The position numbers and the translations under genes were made by a program. Source: Marsupella aquatica (taxonomy: Eukaryota; Plantae; Marchantiophyta). Taken from it: DNA of 64,000 nucleotides. The stretch covers positions 20,040,803 to 20,104,802 of the forward strand of contig OZ316895.1 of NCBI GenBank assembly GCA_973895155.1, read 5' to 3'. The notes beneath the pieces are model-generated. The model saw nothing but the letters and a program-made list of their open reading frames with translations, did no database searches and was not told where the DNA came from. Position 1 is the first letter of the stretch. Each line of letters starts with the position of its first letter. Shown here piece by piece: positions 49,566 through 63,120 of this stretch.

Positions 49566-50815
49566 AAGACCACAAGCATACTTTTTAAGTGCCAAAATTA
49601 GGGAGAGTCTACCCAGTACCCACCTAAGAAATATAGGCCACTTTTGATTTCCTTCTGTAAGTCAAGTCATTGGAATCACATTAAATGCTGTTTGCTTGTA
49701 GTGGCTGCCTCTAGTGGGTACTTGCAGGTTTGCTGCCCCCAGAATAAAGATAAATACATGGAAACTACCATCTCAATAGTCTAGTGGGCCATGGGCTGAG
49801 GGTAGAGCACGAGAGTGCAGTGACAGAGGTGTTGGGTTTTGAATCTTGCTTGCTTCATTAGCCCTTTGCACACATATGCCTTCTCCTGTCAATGTTCACT
49901 AATCTACAGGACACCATTCAATTCTAGTGATGTTACTCCTAGAAGTGAGTCACTTTTGGGCAAAAATTAGTGACTGTGCTCGCCACTTTGGGCAAAAAAT
50001 AGTACAGCAAAAGTAGATAAAATAGGTTTTATGGCCAAGACAAAATCATCATGTGCTACCGACATACATGCCCCATAAAAATCCCAAGACAAAAACCTTA
50101 TGGCTACGTACATAAATGCCCCATATAAATCAGACTTTGTCTAAATCCATAGCAATAATGCCTTGATATGGTAGTAGTGCTTTGACACACCCTAGTAACC
50201 CCTTTACCCACCTAGGACACCCCTTTAGTAGCTACAATCTGACGGCTGTCCTTCAATTTCTAGTGGACTTGTCCGGTGAGAAATGGATGGTGAAAACAGT
50301 GTTTAAGGTCCACATGATTTGGTTTCCAGCACCATTTGGAAAACAGAATATAACAAAACTTGAGAAAAAAAAACCACCGACTTTTGTGGTGATAAATGGA
50401 TGGTAAAAACTGTGTTTGAGGCTCATATGGTTTTTGGTTTCCTTGACCATTTGGAAAAGCACAATAATATGCGAGACAAAACTCGGAAAAACGACGAAGA
50501 TTTGGTTCGTGTTTTGCACTCGGGCAGGCAGAAAAATGCCCAACTGCCCGGTGAAGAAAATCGGTTCTTCGCTTGCGCTGTGAATTTGCGACATTGCGGC
50601 AGAGTTCGCTCGTTTTTCTTGTGCCATCTCAATCATTCCATCACGAGAAGATTCAGTCGAAGATGAAATGGCTGCTTCTCACCTCTGCCATTAATTTGTG
50701 AGCAGCAGCTCCAAAAAGAAGAGCTAGTGAGCATAACCAGATTCGGTTCTCGTCTGTGGAGAGGTTATTGGACAGAATTCCGAAGAGGTTGTTTGCAGAG
50801 GTGGGAAATCGTGAG

Positions 50816-53702
50816 ATGTACGCGGGTGTGGGCATGTCGGGCGCATTAGCAGGACCAGCACGTTTTCTGCTCAGCTGCTGCGAATCTTCTTCTTCTTCTC
50901 TTTGTTCTTATCATGGATCATGGGCTTGCCGGAGTAGAGAGGCAGTCGAGGTTGGTAGAAGCTTTCGGTTGAAGACAGCCTCACAGACAGGTAGATTTGA
51001 TGTTGGCAAGAACATCCTCGACGGAGGTGGAATCTGGGTCCCCAGGAAGGTTTACCTACGCAGCCGACATGGGAGATATTGTGCAGATGAGTTTCCAGCG
51101 CGAGCTGCTTATGGTGGACTGCTGCGGCCGCTCTCGTCGTTGTCCAGTAGGGCACTCAGGGTTTCTGCATCTGCTGCTCCTGTACTAACTGATGGTGAGT
51201 GGCTCCAGTCCGATTCTTGGGTCCTTCAATGAACGATGTTTTGATGTGCCCATTTCATCGTTTTCCTCACTCGTGCGTTCGTAATAGTTATGTTCAATGC
51301 TGTCCACATTTTATATTGCGCTGACCTTCTCGCCAACCATTATGAATCGTTTGGTATCAGATGATGTGGCCTCCAAAGGGATAGATAGACTAGCGAAGAT
51401 GCCCATGTCCTGTGGGAGAATTGATTGGGAGGTTTTCACGCAGCGGCATTGCAAGTGCATTTGGCTTTTCTTTGAGTTCTCGTTCAGTTTTTGTGCTTTG
51501 ACTTGGGTTGACCGTGTTTAAGAACATCCTTTCCATGAAATGCATTTCGGCCTCAAGAAGGTTGACTCAATTCTCCCAGGGCATGAGCTCATTTCCTCAT
51601 CTATCTATCCCTTTTTTGGGTCCTATCATACGATTCATAATCGCTGGTGCGAAGGTGGGCGCAATGTGCCACCTCTCTCAAATAGGAGATCTGCAGCATT
51701 CGTCTGAATTATGGCTGTCCACTTGGACTGGTTGAGGAGCACGTTGATTTGGCGGGGAGATAGAGACATCGCATTCTTAAGGGAAGGGTGTAAGGTGCGC
51801 AAGAAGATCCTGAGGCATTGTCTGAAGAGTTGTAGAGCTTTGGAGGAATTTTCTCATAGAAAAAGCAATACAGCTGGTTTGTCTTGATTCAGGTATCAAC
51901 ATCAACACGGAGGCAAACATAGAAAACGCCTTGAAGGACTTAATCTTGGATGGCTCTAGGGCCACCAGTATTGCACATAAGTATGCTATCAAATCCGACT
52001 GCTTGTGCATCTGTGTCGTCATCTTCATAGTATACCGCCATTATCAACCTAGTCAAGCGAAATGAATCTCTTTTGTACTAGTAGTAAGAAGCTGCATTAA
52101 GTTATTTCCACCAACGTGATAAAGCTGCTCCACATTGACTCTGTCATATAGCAAATTTATCGCAGAAAACGATCTGCATATATATGTTTTTCCACAAAAC
52201 GTCCATAGAGCCACCACGCAGTGACCAGCAGCTATTTGTTTTTGGTGGAAAGCATACTGTAGACACATAGAGAAATGTTACTAAACCGCCACAGGTCGCT
52301 CCTTAATTTGTCAAACGTGGTTTTCCTCTTGAGGCTTAGACATATGACGTCAAGCATAGACAGTTACCGTTCCTATCACTTTTCTGAACAGACACTTTTG
52401 AGTCATATTTTACCATCCAACTCTGCCCTGGAGAGTGCCTGGTTCTGTCCTTTTCTGTTTTTGATCTATTTGAGTAGGAGCTCACGAATGTATAATCTTT
52501 TATATTGGCAGGGTGTGGCATGGTGTTGTGCGTCCAGGTGACACGGTCATAGATGCTACCTGTGGCAATGGTCTTGACACCTTGGTGCTGGCAAAACTCG
52601 TGTTTCAAGAAGGAACAGCTGGATATGTGATTGGACTTGATGTACAGCAAAATGCATTGGATAACACTTCGGCTCTTTTGGAGCGAGAGCTTAATTCTAG
52701 TCAGGTGTAATTCACAGGCTGCTCCTTTGTCATTTCTTCGCCGAGTTTCAATTCCTTCAAATCATAGGGCAGGAGTGTTGATTTGGTACTTCCTGTCGTT
52801 CTTTGGCTCATCGTTCAAATAGATTCCTGTGGATTACAAATTTAGTCAATTTTCTTTTGTATAATTGTTTCCCTGAATCACGCAGATGGATAAGGTGAGT
52901 TTGTTGCAGTTGTGCCATTCGCAGCTAGACAAGGTGGTTGATGAAAGCTCAGTAAGGTATTCCACCGCTTAATTTAGTCCATGTGTGTGATTGATAGCTT
53001 AGAATTTCATGAACAACCTAGTTCTTGCTTTCAATTCAGTTTAGTTGGACAAAAGCGCAATGTTAATCAGACTTACTCTTCGGCAGAGGTGTACGTGCAG
53101 TCACATTAAACTAGATGTGTATGGTGCTGGGACAGACTTGTGGCTTTCAATCTTGGCTATCAACCTGGAGGTGATAAAGGTATCATTACTCGAGCAGACA
53201 CTACAGTGACAGCTGTGGGTGCAGCAGTGAATGTGCTTGAGCCCCAGGGCCTGATAAGCATCATGTCATATGTTGGGCATCCAGGCGGAAGGTATTGTTT
53301 CTTTCCGAGTCCCTTTCTGGTTAAGTGAAATTGCTGTGCAAATGAATACTTTCGGCGGTGGAACAAGTCGAATCAAATTTCTTGTACGTGTTTCTCCTGT
53401 GTGACCCTGACTGGATGAAGGGGCTTCTCAATTTATGTGTTGACTAAATGGACATCCAATCACATTTGCAAAAAGAGCAATCCTATGTTTTGATGGAAAA
53501 TTAAGAGAGGTGAAACCATACCGAAGGCTTTATTCCGCAACTCTGAGATGTTTGTATAAACTGTTGCTTTGTGATCAGGGAGGAGTATGACGCTTTAAGG
53601 GAATTTGTGGCTGGTCTACCTCCCCAAGATTGGGTCTGCAGCCATCTAGAGTGGGTCAACATACCGCTTTGTCCGCACCTCATCTTCTTGCTTAGAAAAT
53701 GA
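50816..53702 (+). CDS. YtqB/MnmM-like SAM-dependent RNA methyltransferase, probably organelle-targeted; exons 50816-51194, 51893-51980, 52512-52704, 52886-52956, 53136-53291, 53579-53702
   Basis: [64 protein letters not shown]; Ser/Arg-rich N-terminus resembles a transit peptide; GT-AG junctions in phase. Confidence 0.88.
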
Positions 53703-54329
53703 GAGGCCATCTGTGAGCTTTTGGCACACCTGCATGCCAAATATCGTTTGCTTATTTGGTGAGTTGCATGGTATATAGCTTCAATGGCCGAGGAAGTTCC
53801 CACCAGTGTTGATAACTGGAGGCCATGGCACTAAGAGATCGTCTGTAGCAAGATTGCCATTAACCTTGATTTCCAGATCCCTCTGCCCGCCAGGTTAAAA
53901 GTCCATACAGATCTGCGGTGTTCAATTCCTGCTGGCCTGAGAATCTTCAGACAATTTTGTTCCTCGCCAACGGAATGAGCCAGTCTGTACTGGATGACAA
54001 GTCGCATACTAGTCTCAGAATTATCTATAAATCAGGTTCACTTTTTGACGGATTGCTCTACTTGCTATAGACATACTTCCTGTATTTGGTCAAGTGACAT
54101 CGCACTTAAACTGGTGTTAAACTACACATTTCTTTCCACAGCATTGCTGGTGTTGAAGGTGATTCTCGAGCACGGATGCAAGAAGTTTCAAAATGCGGAG
54201 ATCCTCTGCTGTGCACAACCTTCACTGTGTTTACACAAGCTCCATCCCGAGTAAGGCATCTCTCAAATTCAAGCTTAATCGGAAGAGACAGCATCCATGT
54301 GCACCAGCATTGACTCCTTCCATGCTTCC

Positions 54330-55740
54330 ATAGGCTTCTCCACTTGACCCCTTGGCAAACCTTCCATAATAGCTCTCAAAAATTCATAGCCAGCTGTATA
54401 TGCTCCTGCCTCGTACTAGTATACTGCATATCTTCAAAGAAGGTAACACCTCTCTCACTGCATCCCTTCACAACCAATCTCCCTGAGCCCAAGTTTCTCC
54501 TCATCGTTATTATCCATCGGAATCCACAAAAATGCCTTCTGCGAATCCTATCTCTGTGCAGGCACAACCGCAGCAAACTCTTAGTCCTGCACAGCCGTAG
54601 TCTGTACTCACATGAGACATGACGTTACCAAAGTGGAAATCTCGATGAGCTAGAAGCAGACCAGTTTTGTTCATCTCCTCCTGGTACCGCTCCGTTGCTG
54701 CCATAAGTCCCTCAACCTGTGGGATCAGGCTCCGCATGGAACTCAGCGTGACGTGACGTCGAATGGCAAAGACGTACTTCTCTCTCTGCGCAATCAAGAA
54801 GCAGACAAATGACTGGAACGGTTCGGCATAGTAGCCACTTGAACTTTCACTTTCTGGTGTGCAAATCCCAAAATGGTCCGCTTCCCTCACAGTGAAGGAC
54901 TGGCCTAATCTTGCAGATGGCTCCTTTACTACCACCAATCTTTTGAACGGGCCCTGCACAACCAGGAATACGTTCCATTATATCCCGAAGTTATGTGAAT
55001 TCTTATTGTTGGCAAAAGCTTGCTATTGTAAGATTCATAAGCAGAGCAGAGCGACCACTATCCTCTAAATCTTCTTCCATTCATACAGTACCTCGTCATT
55101 GAAGTACTGGCCAGGTGCTTCGATGTGCAAAACATGGAATTCCCGCAATTGCCGACTTTCTTCCTCGAGCTTCAAGACTGCTGGAAGCCTTTCCTCAACA
55201 TTGCTCTGAAGAACACCCTTCTAGTGCTTGAGGCGCTCTTTTAATTCCGCTAGGGTGGCATGAAAAGTTTCTGCAATCGGAATCAAGGTCTAGACAACGA
55301 AACCCTCTCCCTGACAGAGTTGCGGAGAGCTCTGACTTAACGAGATCGAAGCTCCGGCCGACGGCCGTGGTCATGAGTATGAATCCATAGCCTAGCGGAT
55401 TGTCTCTAGTGGCATTGTAACGGAGAACTCTTGGGACAGGCATCTGGGTGTAGGTGGCAAGCCATTTTAGGCATTCGTTTTGCGTTTTGGTGCTGGGGTA
55501 ATGAGGGGCCGAGATGCGGAGGATGAGGGTTGTAGGGGACGAGTTTCCGGGTGGTGCTTTGGGGAGGAATTGGGATAGTGTGGATGGAGGAGAGGAGGGA
55601 GTGTAGATTGTGTGATATGCCGCGGAAGTCGAGAGGGGAGGGTGACGGATGTGGGAAATGGAACGGAAAGTATCCGTAGGAGGGAATAAATGGCGGTCTG
55701 GAAGATTGATGGTGGCAGGTTTGTTTCTAAGATCTGCCAT
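54330..55740 (-). pseudogene. Aminoglycoside phosphotransferase (APH/choline kinase-like) pseudogene of fungal type
   Basis: ILRIS..KTQNE..WL..T.MPVPRVLRYNATRDNPLGYGFILM; Brenner motif AHRDFHFGNVM; after a frameshift TAVQD*EFAAVVPAQR*D..AFLW (DWE motif Trp mutated to stop). End is approximate. Confidence 0.75.
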
Positions 55741-57899
55741 AGCTTGTGGGCTGGAATTGCTGTAAAGACAAGGAAGTCTCGTTGCAAAAGTTGCAGAAGT
55801 TTGAGTGTTCCGAAGGGCTTGCTTGAACTTCACTGGCAAGTTAATTTAGGTGAGGAGCGTTGTAAGCTGGACAAGAGTTACTGCAGTCGTCAGAAACATG
55901 AGTAATGTACCAACAAGCTGCACTGCCACTTCGTTGAATTCTCGTTGAAATATGATTTTCATCCCCGAACTGCGATTGCCTTACCCGTCATACTAAACTC
56001 ACTGGGTCATCGTCTCTTGAATTTCCTTGAATCAATGACATTGGCAATCAGAGCAAGCAAACTGACCGAAGCATGAAATGAGTTTCGACCTACAAGTTGA
56101 CTCTCGGTTACTCTAATACCTCCTTTTGGTACCAAATCAAGCATGCTTAGAGAAGGATCATTCATATCTTGGCTTGCTAGTGACATGAACTGGCAGCTCC
56201 TCAAGACGATTACTAGTTCCAATATTATCAAAGGGATTTTGACGGTCTCAGATTTTCATGAAATATAAGCTGAAAAACCACCAACAGTGGCCGTCCGTTG
56301 TATTGTGCAATACTCAACTTTTGTATCTCTCAGAATTTTCACGTCTTCGGTTGGTAAAGAGGAATCGCCCCAAAGCAACCAGGTTTTATTTGGCCTCCAC
56401 ATTCGGCGACATGTCCACAGTTTTGCACGGTCTACAGCGAATGCTGCTCCCACACTTTTGTTCCAGATCACAAATTCTACTTGGAAAAGCAGAGTGGAGC
56501 AACGGGGGTTGTAAAAAGTCGTAGATCCTTACGATGCGGCAACCACCATTGAATTGTCAGGAGAAGGAGAAGTCTAGATTTCCGGCAAGTATGGTGCAGG
56601 CGTCAGGAATCTTCCAGCTTAAATCTCATTAGCAGTGCCATGCATGACTGTCGGAAATCCGACCCGAGTCGATGTATCCTCTGTACGTCGAGAATATTCT
56701 GATCTCTACGACTTTGAACCTTAATCTGCGAAGCTTCTTCTTCCTTTCCTTGACTACTTCTTCAAGCCATCGAGGCAAGGTTGGGAAATGGGAATGATGC
56801 ACCAACGGTAGGCCCCAACAAAGGTCAAGGACAATCAAGGGCCTTACATTCTCCGTGCTGTAAGACTCTGAAGGCGCTAAAACTGCACGAAGCTACCTAG
56901 CAGCTCATGAGAAGATGACATTTTCTAATTTTAAGTCCGTCTCTAGGCATCCAAAACGAGTTGGGTAGAGCTTCGAGTTGGGTAGAGCTGATAGAGTGCC
57001 ACGGATTCAGCAGTCCTGGCGGTTGCAGCAAAAAAGTCCCAGTAGTGAGGCTGCCTTGTACAGTAATGTACAGGGCCACTCGACGGACAGGAGCATAGCC
57101 CATCTTCCCGGCAAAAGCCCACCCATCCTGCTCCCAGTTCAGGTAGCACAGTCGGCAGAAGAAGAAACGAGACTACTTTGAAAGCATTCCAAGCTTTGCA
57201 ATATTGCGCTGCGTGTCAAAATCATCATGTGAGTAGATGTGATGAGCACATCAACGAGGCTGATGTTACCTGACGACGTGTGGGGAGCCACTCGCAGCCT
57301 TTGTACATTTATTCACTGGGCAATTGCTGGATCCCACCTCAATTGTGGTACCACATTCAGCAATGGGGCGGGGAAGTCACGGTGGCCAAAGTACCTTGCC
57401 TTTGGAATCGAAGCCTCGCGCCTACTCTTGTACTGAAGCGTAGACTTTTGACCGCAGGCAACATTCGAGAAAAACGTACGACTTTGAAAAAAATTGGTTT
57501 TGGATCGCACGATTGTGAGTCATACACGATTCTATCAACAATACAGCATATAAATCCGTGCTGTCTTCCAGTCTTCCAACCACTGGCTAGTCTCTCTAGT
57601 AGGGGGTCTCAAATATGTGACAGGGACGGTTGGCCACGGGGGTTGGCCAAGGATCGTAACTCAAACTCATCCCACGGGTGAGATTCATACGAGACAACTT
57701 TTTGGTAGCCCATAATTTAGGGCCCCTAAATCTATGCCCGCGGTAAAAGGTGAGGCTTTGCGGCCAAACCTATCGTGGATATTCAATTTTGAAACGCGCA
57801 CTACCGCCAACAGTCCATGGGGTCAGCCAGCAATTTTGAACAAGAGCGGCTGGTAGTATTGCGCCAAGACACAAATACCCAGGAGAGCATGAGATTTGA

Positions 57900-59418
57900 A
57901 ATCTGATTGTCGTGTGGGAGGTGGGCTTCAAAAGCGAGATGGAGCTCCAAATGCCAAAGGATTCGATCGATGTTCAGGGCCTGTCTGATGTGGGAGGAAT
58001 AGTTTTCATTACTCCATGCACAGTGATTCCCACTGTGCCCCGCCAAGTTCCCACAGGAGAAGCCAGTGGTGCATTCCAGGCTTCATCTGTGGCAACATGA
58101 ATGGCAGCCAGTCAAGGCACAAGGGCAGGAGGGGGCCATGGCGCAACAGGGACTAAGTTGACTAGGATCCACTATGCTCTGATCGTCGACTACTTAGAGG
58201 TCCAAGAGAAAATGCAATTTTGAGGCAAGTCGGAAAACAAGGTTGGGTAACAGATACCAATCTAAGAAATCTGTTTTTACTTCGATGGTAGCAATGCTAG
58301 CAGACTACAATTTCCCGAAGATGGATTGGGGCTAATCTGGCCAAGAGGTTTGGTAGGTACCAAGACATGTACAAGAATTCTATTGGTGAAGGCATTCTGA
58401 GGAGGAGCTTCAATGTGGGATGACTCTTGAGCCAAAACTAGACAAGATGTGCTCTCTCTTGGATAGAATGCATGTCATTTGTGGAGAACGTGCTAACATT
58501 CAATCTCCAAGCATTGCTAACCTTCCCCGGATGTGGAATTGTTGAGGCCCCTGACGACATTGAAGATCCAGCTCAAGAGAGCGAAGATGGCAAGGAAGAA
58601 CCAGAGGAGCCAACTTCGCCAACCTGGTTCATTATGCCTAGGTAATTTTATCGGTGTGATTTTGTACTCCAATATGCATTGTCAATGGCAATCATGCTTT
58701 GAATGTTGGCGTGACACATTCCCTGGTCTCACTTCGATTACTGTAAAATGCACATTCCCCATCGGATGTAGAGGACGACTCGCATCCTCCAACTCCACTA
58801 TAGGCTCCACTACCAACAGAAGTTGATCCGACCGCCTCTGGAACAGAAGAGGTCAGAGCAACATACCCTCCCAATCGGGAGGGTACCACAAACCATGCTG
58901 CATCAAGACCCACCCAAGCAGGACATGCAATGGAAATCAGGGTACAACACCTGTTGCACCAACGAGAACGACATCCAATTCAAGAGGGAATGACCGAGTT
59001 GTGCCACCAAAAAAGAAGGTTGCGCAGGAAGGGTCTGCCACTTCAAGGGATAGCTTGGTGGCTATGTATGTTGAGCATAAAAGGGACAAGGCATTGTTTG
59101 GGAAGGAATTGATTGGAAGCAAAATCCAATGGAAGAAGGAAGAAATAGACGATAGATGTCAAGCCTGACTTTGCCAAGAAAGATAAGTTAGACTGGGTGC
59201 ACAAACTGAAGTTGGAACAGTTTACTGCTAAGGAGGGTAAGAAGCATCTTCGCATGGACCAAAACCATCAACTGCTCATGGCACAGATGACCATGCGAGC
59301 ATCCTTCATGACAGAATTATGTAAGGCCAATAAGTCAGAGGAGCAAATAGCAAGGTTGGTGAAAATGGTAGATCCAAGAAGCACAAATTCTGGCCCGACA
59401 GACTTTGATGACAGCTAG
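57900..59418 (+). pseudogene. Harbinger accessory (Myb/SANT-like DNA-binding) protein remnant
   Basis: Fragmented frames KLTRIHYALIVDYLEV.. and KLDKMCSLLDRMHVICGERANIQSP, an acidic middle, and a coiled-coil-like end (KLKLEQFTAKE..ELCKANKSEEQIARLV); convergent with the transposase. Start is approximate. Confidence 0.5.
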
Positions 59419-60672
59419 GTCGGTACCGAGGAGTACATGCATGGAGGGAGATAGAAGATAAAGAGTACACAGTCTAATTAGAACATTAGACAACCTTTAC
59501 ATATGCTTCCACAATTTTTGTTACATGGAGTCCTCACTTGCAGGACTACATGTGAATGTACCGGCTGAACCATGTCATACATACAAATTTTGAGTTGCGT
59601 GTAATTAAGTGTGAATGTGCACCATATTTGCATGTTTCTCTTGTAATTACTATGTAATTGGTACCAAGGAGTACATCCACGTGTGAAATTAGTGGATCAG
59701 GGTGTGACATTCTATACAACGTCCAAACTTGTTTGCTTGCACACCAGAGGCAAACTCGAGCCTCTATCATGCATCTGCAGTATGAAGTAAGCAAAAGTTA
59801 AGTAGACTGCAGTCATGATTAGGTTTTGTGTGGGAGTCGACCTTCATGAAGTTTAGGCAGTTCAACCTAATCAGGCCGATTTCACTAACTTGATTGAAAA
59901 CTACTGAGCCAAACTCAATTTTGGAGGTGCATGATACATTCGTAGCCATGAAAGGGAAAAGAATTTGGGTGCATTCTGGATACCCATCAGATGCAAAGGT
60001 ATTGATAGGAATCCATGGGTTTCATACATGGAGCTTGAAGGCCAAAACTGTATTTGGAAGGATATTCGAAGAGCATCTTATGCACATGTGGATTTACTTG
60101 AGGTTGAATGCAAGCGAGCGTTCATGTTTATAGCTGACTCAGACCTTGATGACCTTCTCCACAAACAATGTTCGGATGCAGATGCATGCAGTTCCTCCAC
60201 TCACGTCGACCCGCAGACCAATCAGGTTGGCAATGTCAATTGAAACCGGAACACGTCTCCATCATCCACTACTAAGTATGATGAAAAGGGCAGGCAACAG
60301 TCAATCAGAAAGAATGCAAATACATAGTCCCAGCCTACTGATGTGATTTATGATTGAACTCATCTACTCTGCCCTCACCTCACATTTCCATCATAGATAT
60401 ATAGAGTTACAGTCGAGGATGACAATGAGCTGTCAATCAGGAATGTCTGTGAGCATCAATCTTAGAACATTCATACAGAATGGAAGGCACATGATATTTA
60501 GCACAACAATACATTTGTGATGTAATTGAGATGACTCATGTCCTTTCAGTCCCAAATTTTCATTATAAATAGCACATTTTGCAAGTGCCCAAGTGTACAT
60601 TGTTCAAGGTCATGAATGCTATGATCTAGTCTATTTTGTATTACCTACAACTAAATCAACATTCACTCATAA

Positions 60673-62150
60673 CTACACATCCCACAAAGATCCCCCTGGT
60701 TGTCGTGCAAAAGCAAGAGCTAGGGCCATAACTCCCATCTGCAACGTCCTTTCAACAGCTCTGGCTACCCTATCACATGCCATGTCAATAGGAGCATTGT
60801 TGCTTCCTAGGCATTCTTCCTGTGAAGGACCTGGTGGCCAATTGGTCATGTCCTCGTTTGTCCACTCGTCATTTTGTGTCACTACAAAATTGTGCAACAA
60901 ATAGCATGCTCGGATCCATCGACACATCCACACAGAGTCCTTTTTCTCATTCAATCAACACTGCTAGTACTAAGTAAACCCTTCCTGGCTGTGGTTGCAA
61001 CCTTTAGGGATGACCGGTTCATGTTCAGACTTAACTTGTCTGAAGAGGACCAATACTGCAGGATAAAATTCAGGCTACGTGAATGCTCCCCACATGGTCG
61101 CTACATACAAGAACACATATGGGCACAAGGATTTAGAGGACTTCAATTTTTGCATTGCCAAGACCAGATACATCAATGAACATTGCATAGGCATAATGAA
61201 ATCATGGTGGTTTTCACTAAAAGAAATCAGAACTCAATTGAGACTCATAGACTCATAGAATGAGACTCATAGATTTGCATAGAATGATACTTAGGATCGA
61301 GGGATAATGGCTCACCAACATTAAGGAAAGTAATCTTCCTGTTATGGTCGCACACACTCTGAGCATTGATTGAATACCGGAATTTCCTGTCAAAATAGCA
61401 CTCGCCATGGTTTTTTGGCCGTTTTGGGCCAATGGCATGGTCGTCCCATCTATCAAGCCAACACAACCATGGAATCCACACTTTGCAAACTCTTCAGAAA
61501 TTTGCAAACGCTCTGCTGAATTTGGCCACTGCAAATAATCACCAAGGGCAGCCGCAAGAGCAATCACAGTTCTAGCAGTGTAATTGACACATGAGCCCAC
61601 ACTTACACCCCATAAGAGCAAAGTACGTATTAGGCAAACACCATTTCCACTATGTCCTAGCCTGTCTAGGCAAGTTGCTAATTGCAGTGAAACTGGGGCC
61701 AGCTGATGACTCGAGTTGTTACAATACATAGGATGTAATTCAAAATCAACAAGGGCAAAAAATCCTTCCTTATCCATTCTACAGATCTGTCTAAAGTCAC
61801 TGAGGGGCAAAATTGATCTGAAAAAAGTATTAGCAAGTTCCTTTGTCCTTGGTGTTTTACATTGTTTCTCATAGTACCTCTCACTATCTAGGAGAGTATA
61901 CCAGTCAAACCACTGCCAATGTTTAGCATTCACATCACGTGCATGGGCTTGTGCTACATTCAACCTCTGAATCAGATGAAGAGTTCATGTCACAATCAGA
62001 ATCAGGAGACATGAACCCCCTGGTATGAGAGGAAGTATCAGTATCCTCACTCATGCCATCGTCATCACCAGAGCTCTCCATCAGAATACTTAGATACAAG
62101 TTCTCTCGGACCCACTTCAAGCATTGCTGCCGATTTGAAACCTTTGGCAT
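60673..62150 (-). pseudogene. PIF/Harbinger (HARBI1-like DDE) transposase with frameshifts and deletion
   Basis: FRQICRMDKEGF, APVSLQLATCLDRLG, GFHGCVGLIDGT, YFDRK.RYSINAQSVCDH, WIRACYLLHNF. Confidence 0.85.
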
Positions 62151-62384
62151 TCTCTGAAAAGGGCCTCTGAATCTAGCGCTACAAAAACTATGAGCACAAA
62201 TTCATTTAGTCAACAAAAATTGAGTCTGTGCATACTTTCAATTAAAAGACCAATCATGTACAAAAGTCTAAAATAGCAAACTACCTGATGCACTAGTGTT
62301 CCTCTTAGTCAAAATTTGGAATCCTCTAAAGCTTATGGAGGATATCGTAAACCCTAGTACCCTGGCCCAGGCCGTGCCCTTGGT

Positions 62385-63120
62385 TTACTCATCGTCGTTT
62401 ATATCCGCACCCCTAATGGCCCTACACAAATTCTCAAACAATTTCTTGGTACTGCCCACTTTATGTGGAAAATACTTGGGTGAGCATCCAAGGAGCATGG
62501 AAGCTGCATCCCACAAGTTCACATATAGAGGAGGTGTGTCTCCATGAATGGCATCAAAAATTACAATCATAAACAGAAAATTTCCATATAGAAGGCAAAT
62601 AGTGTGGACATGCAGTGAATTCAAGTGACTTAGAACACACTCTACCACTGGGTAGTCTATGAGGGCAAGCCTGGTACACAAATTTCCGTGGGTAAGGATT
62701 AGGAGAGACATAATTGGCTATCCACACTAATGCCGTTGGAAATGTGTGGATGTTGCCTCTACCCCTACTATACTCCACTTCAGCTACAGGCAGGTAAACT
62801 CTCCCATCTCTTCCTGTCAAAAAGAAAAATTGAGCTTCATTCAGACCCTTCACATCGCTATGCATCTAATATCACATCCCAATGGTCACATCAACACAAG
62901 AGTACACAAAAAACTTACCTTCAACCTAATCGAGCCTGAATTTGATGCTCAAACTTCAACAAGATATATCGGACAGCCCGCCTTTGACGTCAACTCGCCG
63001 CACTTCTGCACTCGCAAGAGCGTCATCCTCGCGCCCTTCTTCGCGTTCTTGCCTTGCCTCCTCTTGTGTGCTAAAGCTCCCCCTCACCTTCTCGTCGACC
63101 CTCCTCCGGTGATAGCTATG
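62385..63120 (-). pseudogene. RPA70 C-terminal-like Zn-ribbon OB-fold gene remnant inside the transposon
   Basis: FVYQACPHRLPSGRVCSKSL..C, then after a frameshift FMIVIFDA..LYVNLWDAASMLLGCSP, matching the YxACP..CxK / D..vt.fd.A..llG pattern; candidate intron GAAG|GTAAGT..TAG at about 62918-62866. Confidence 0.45.
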
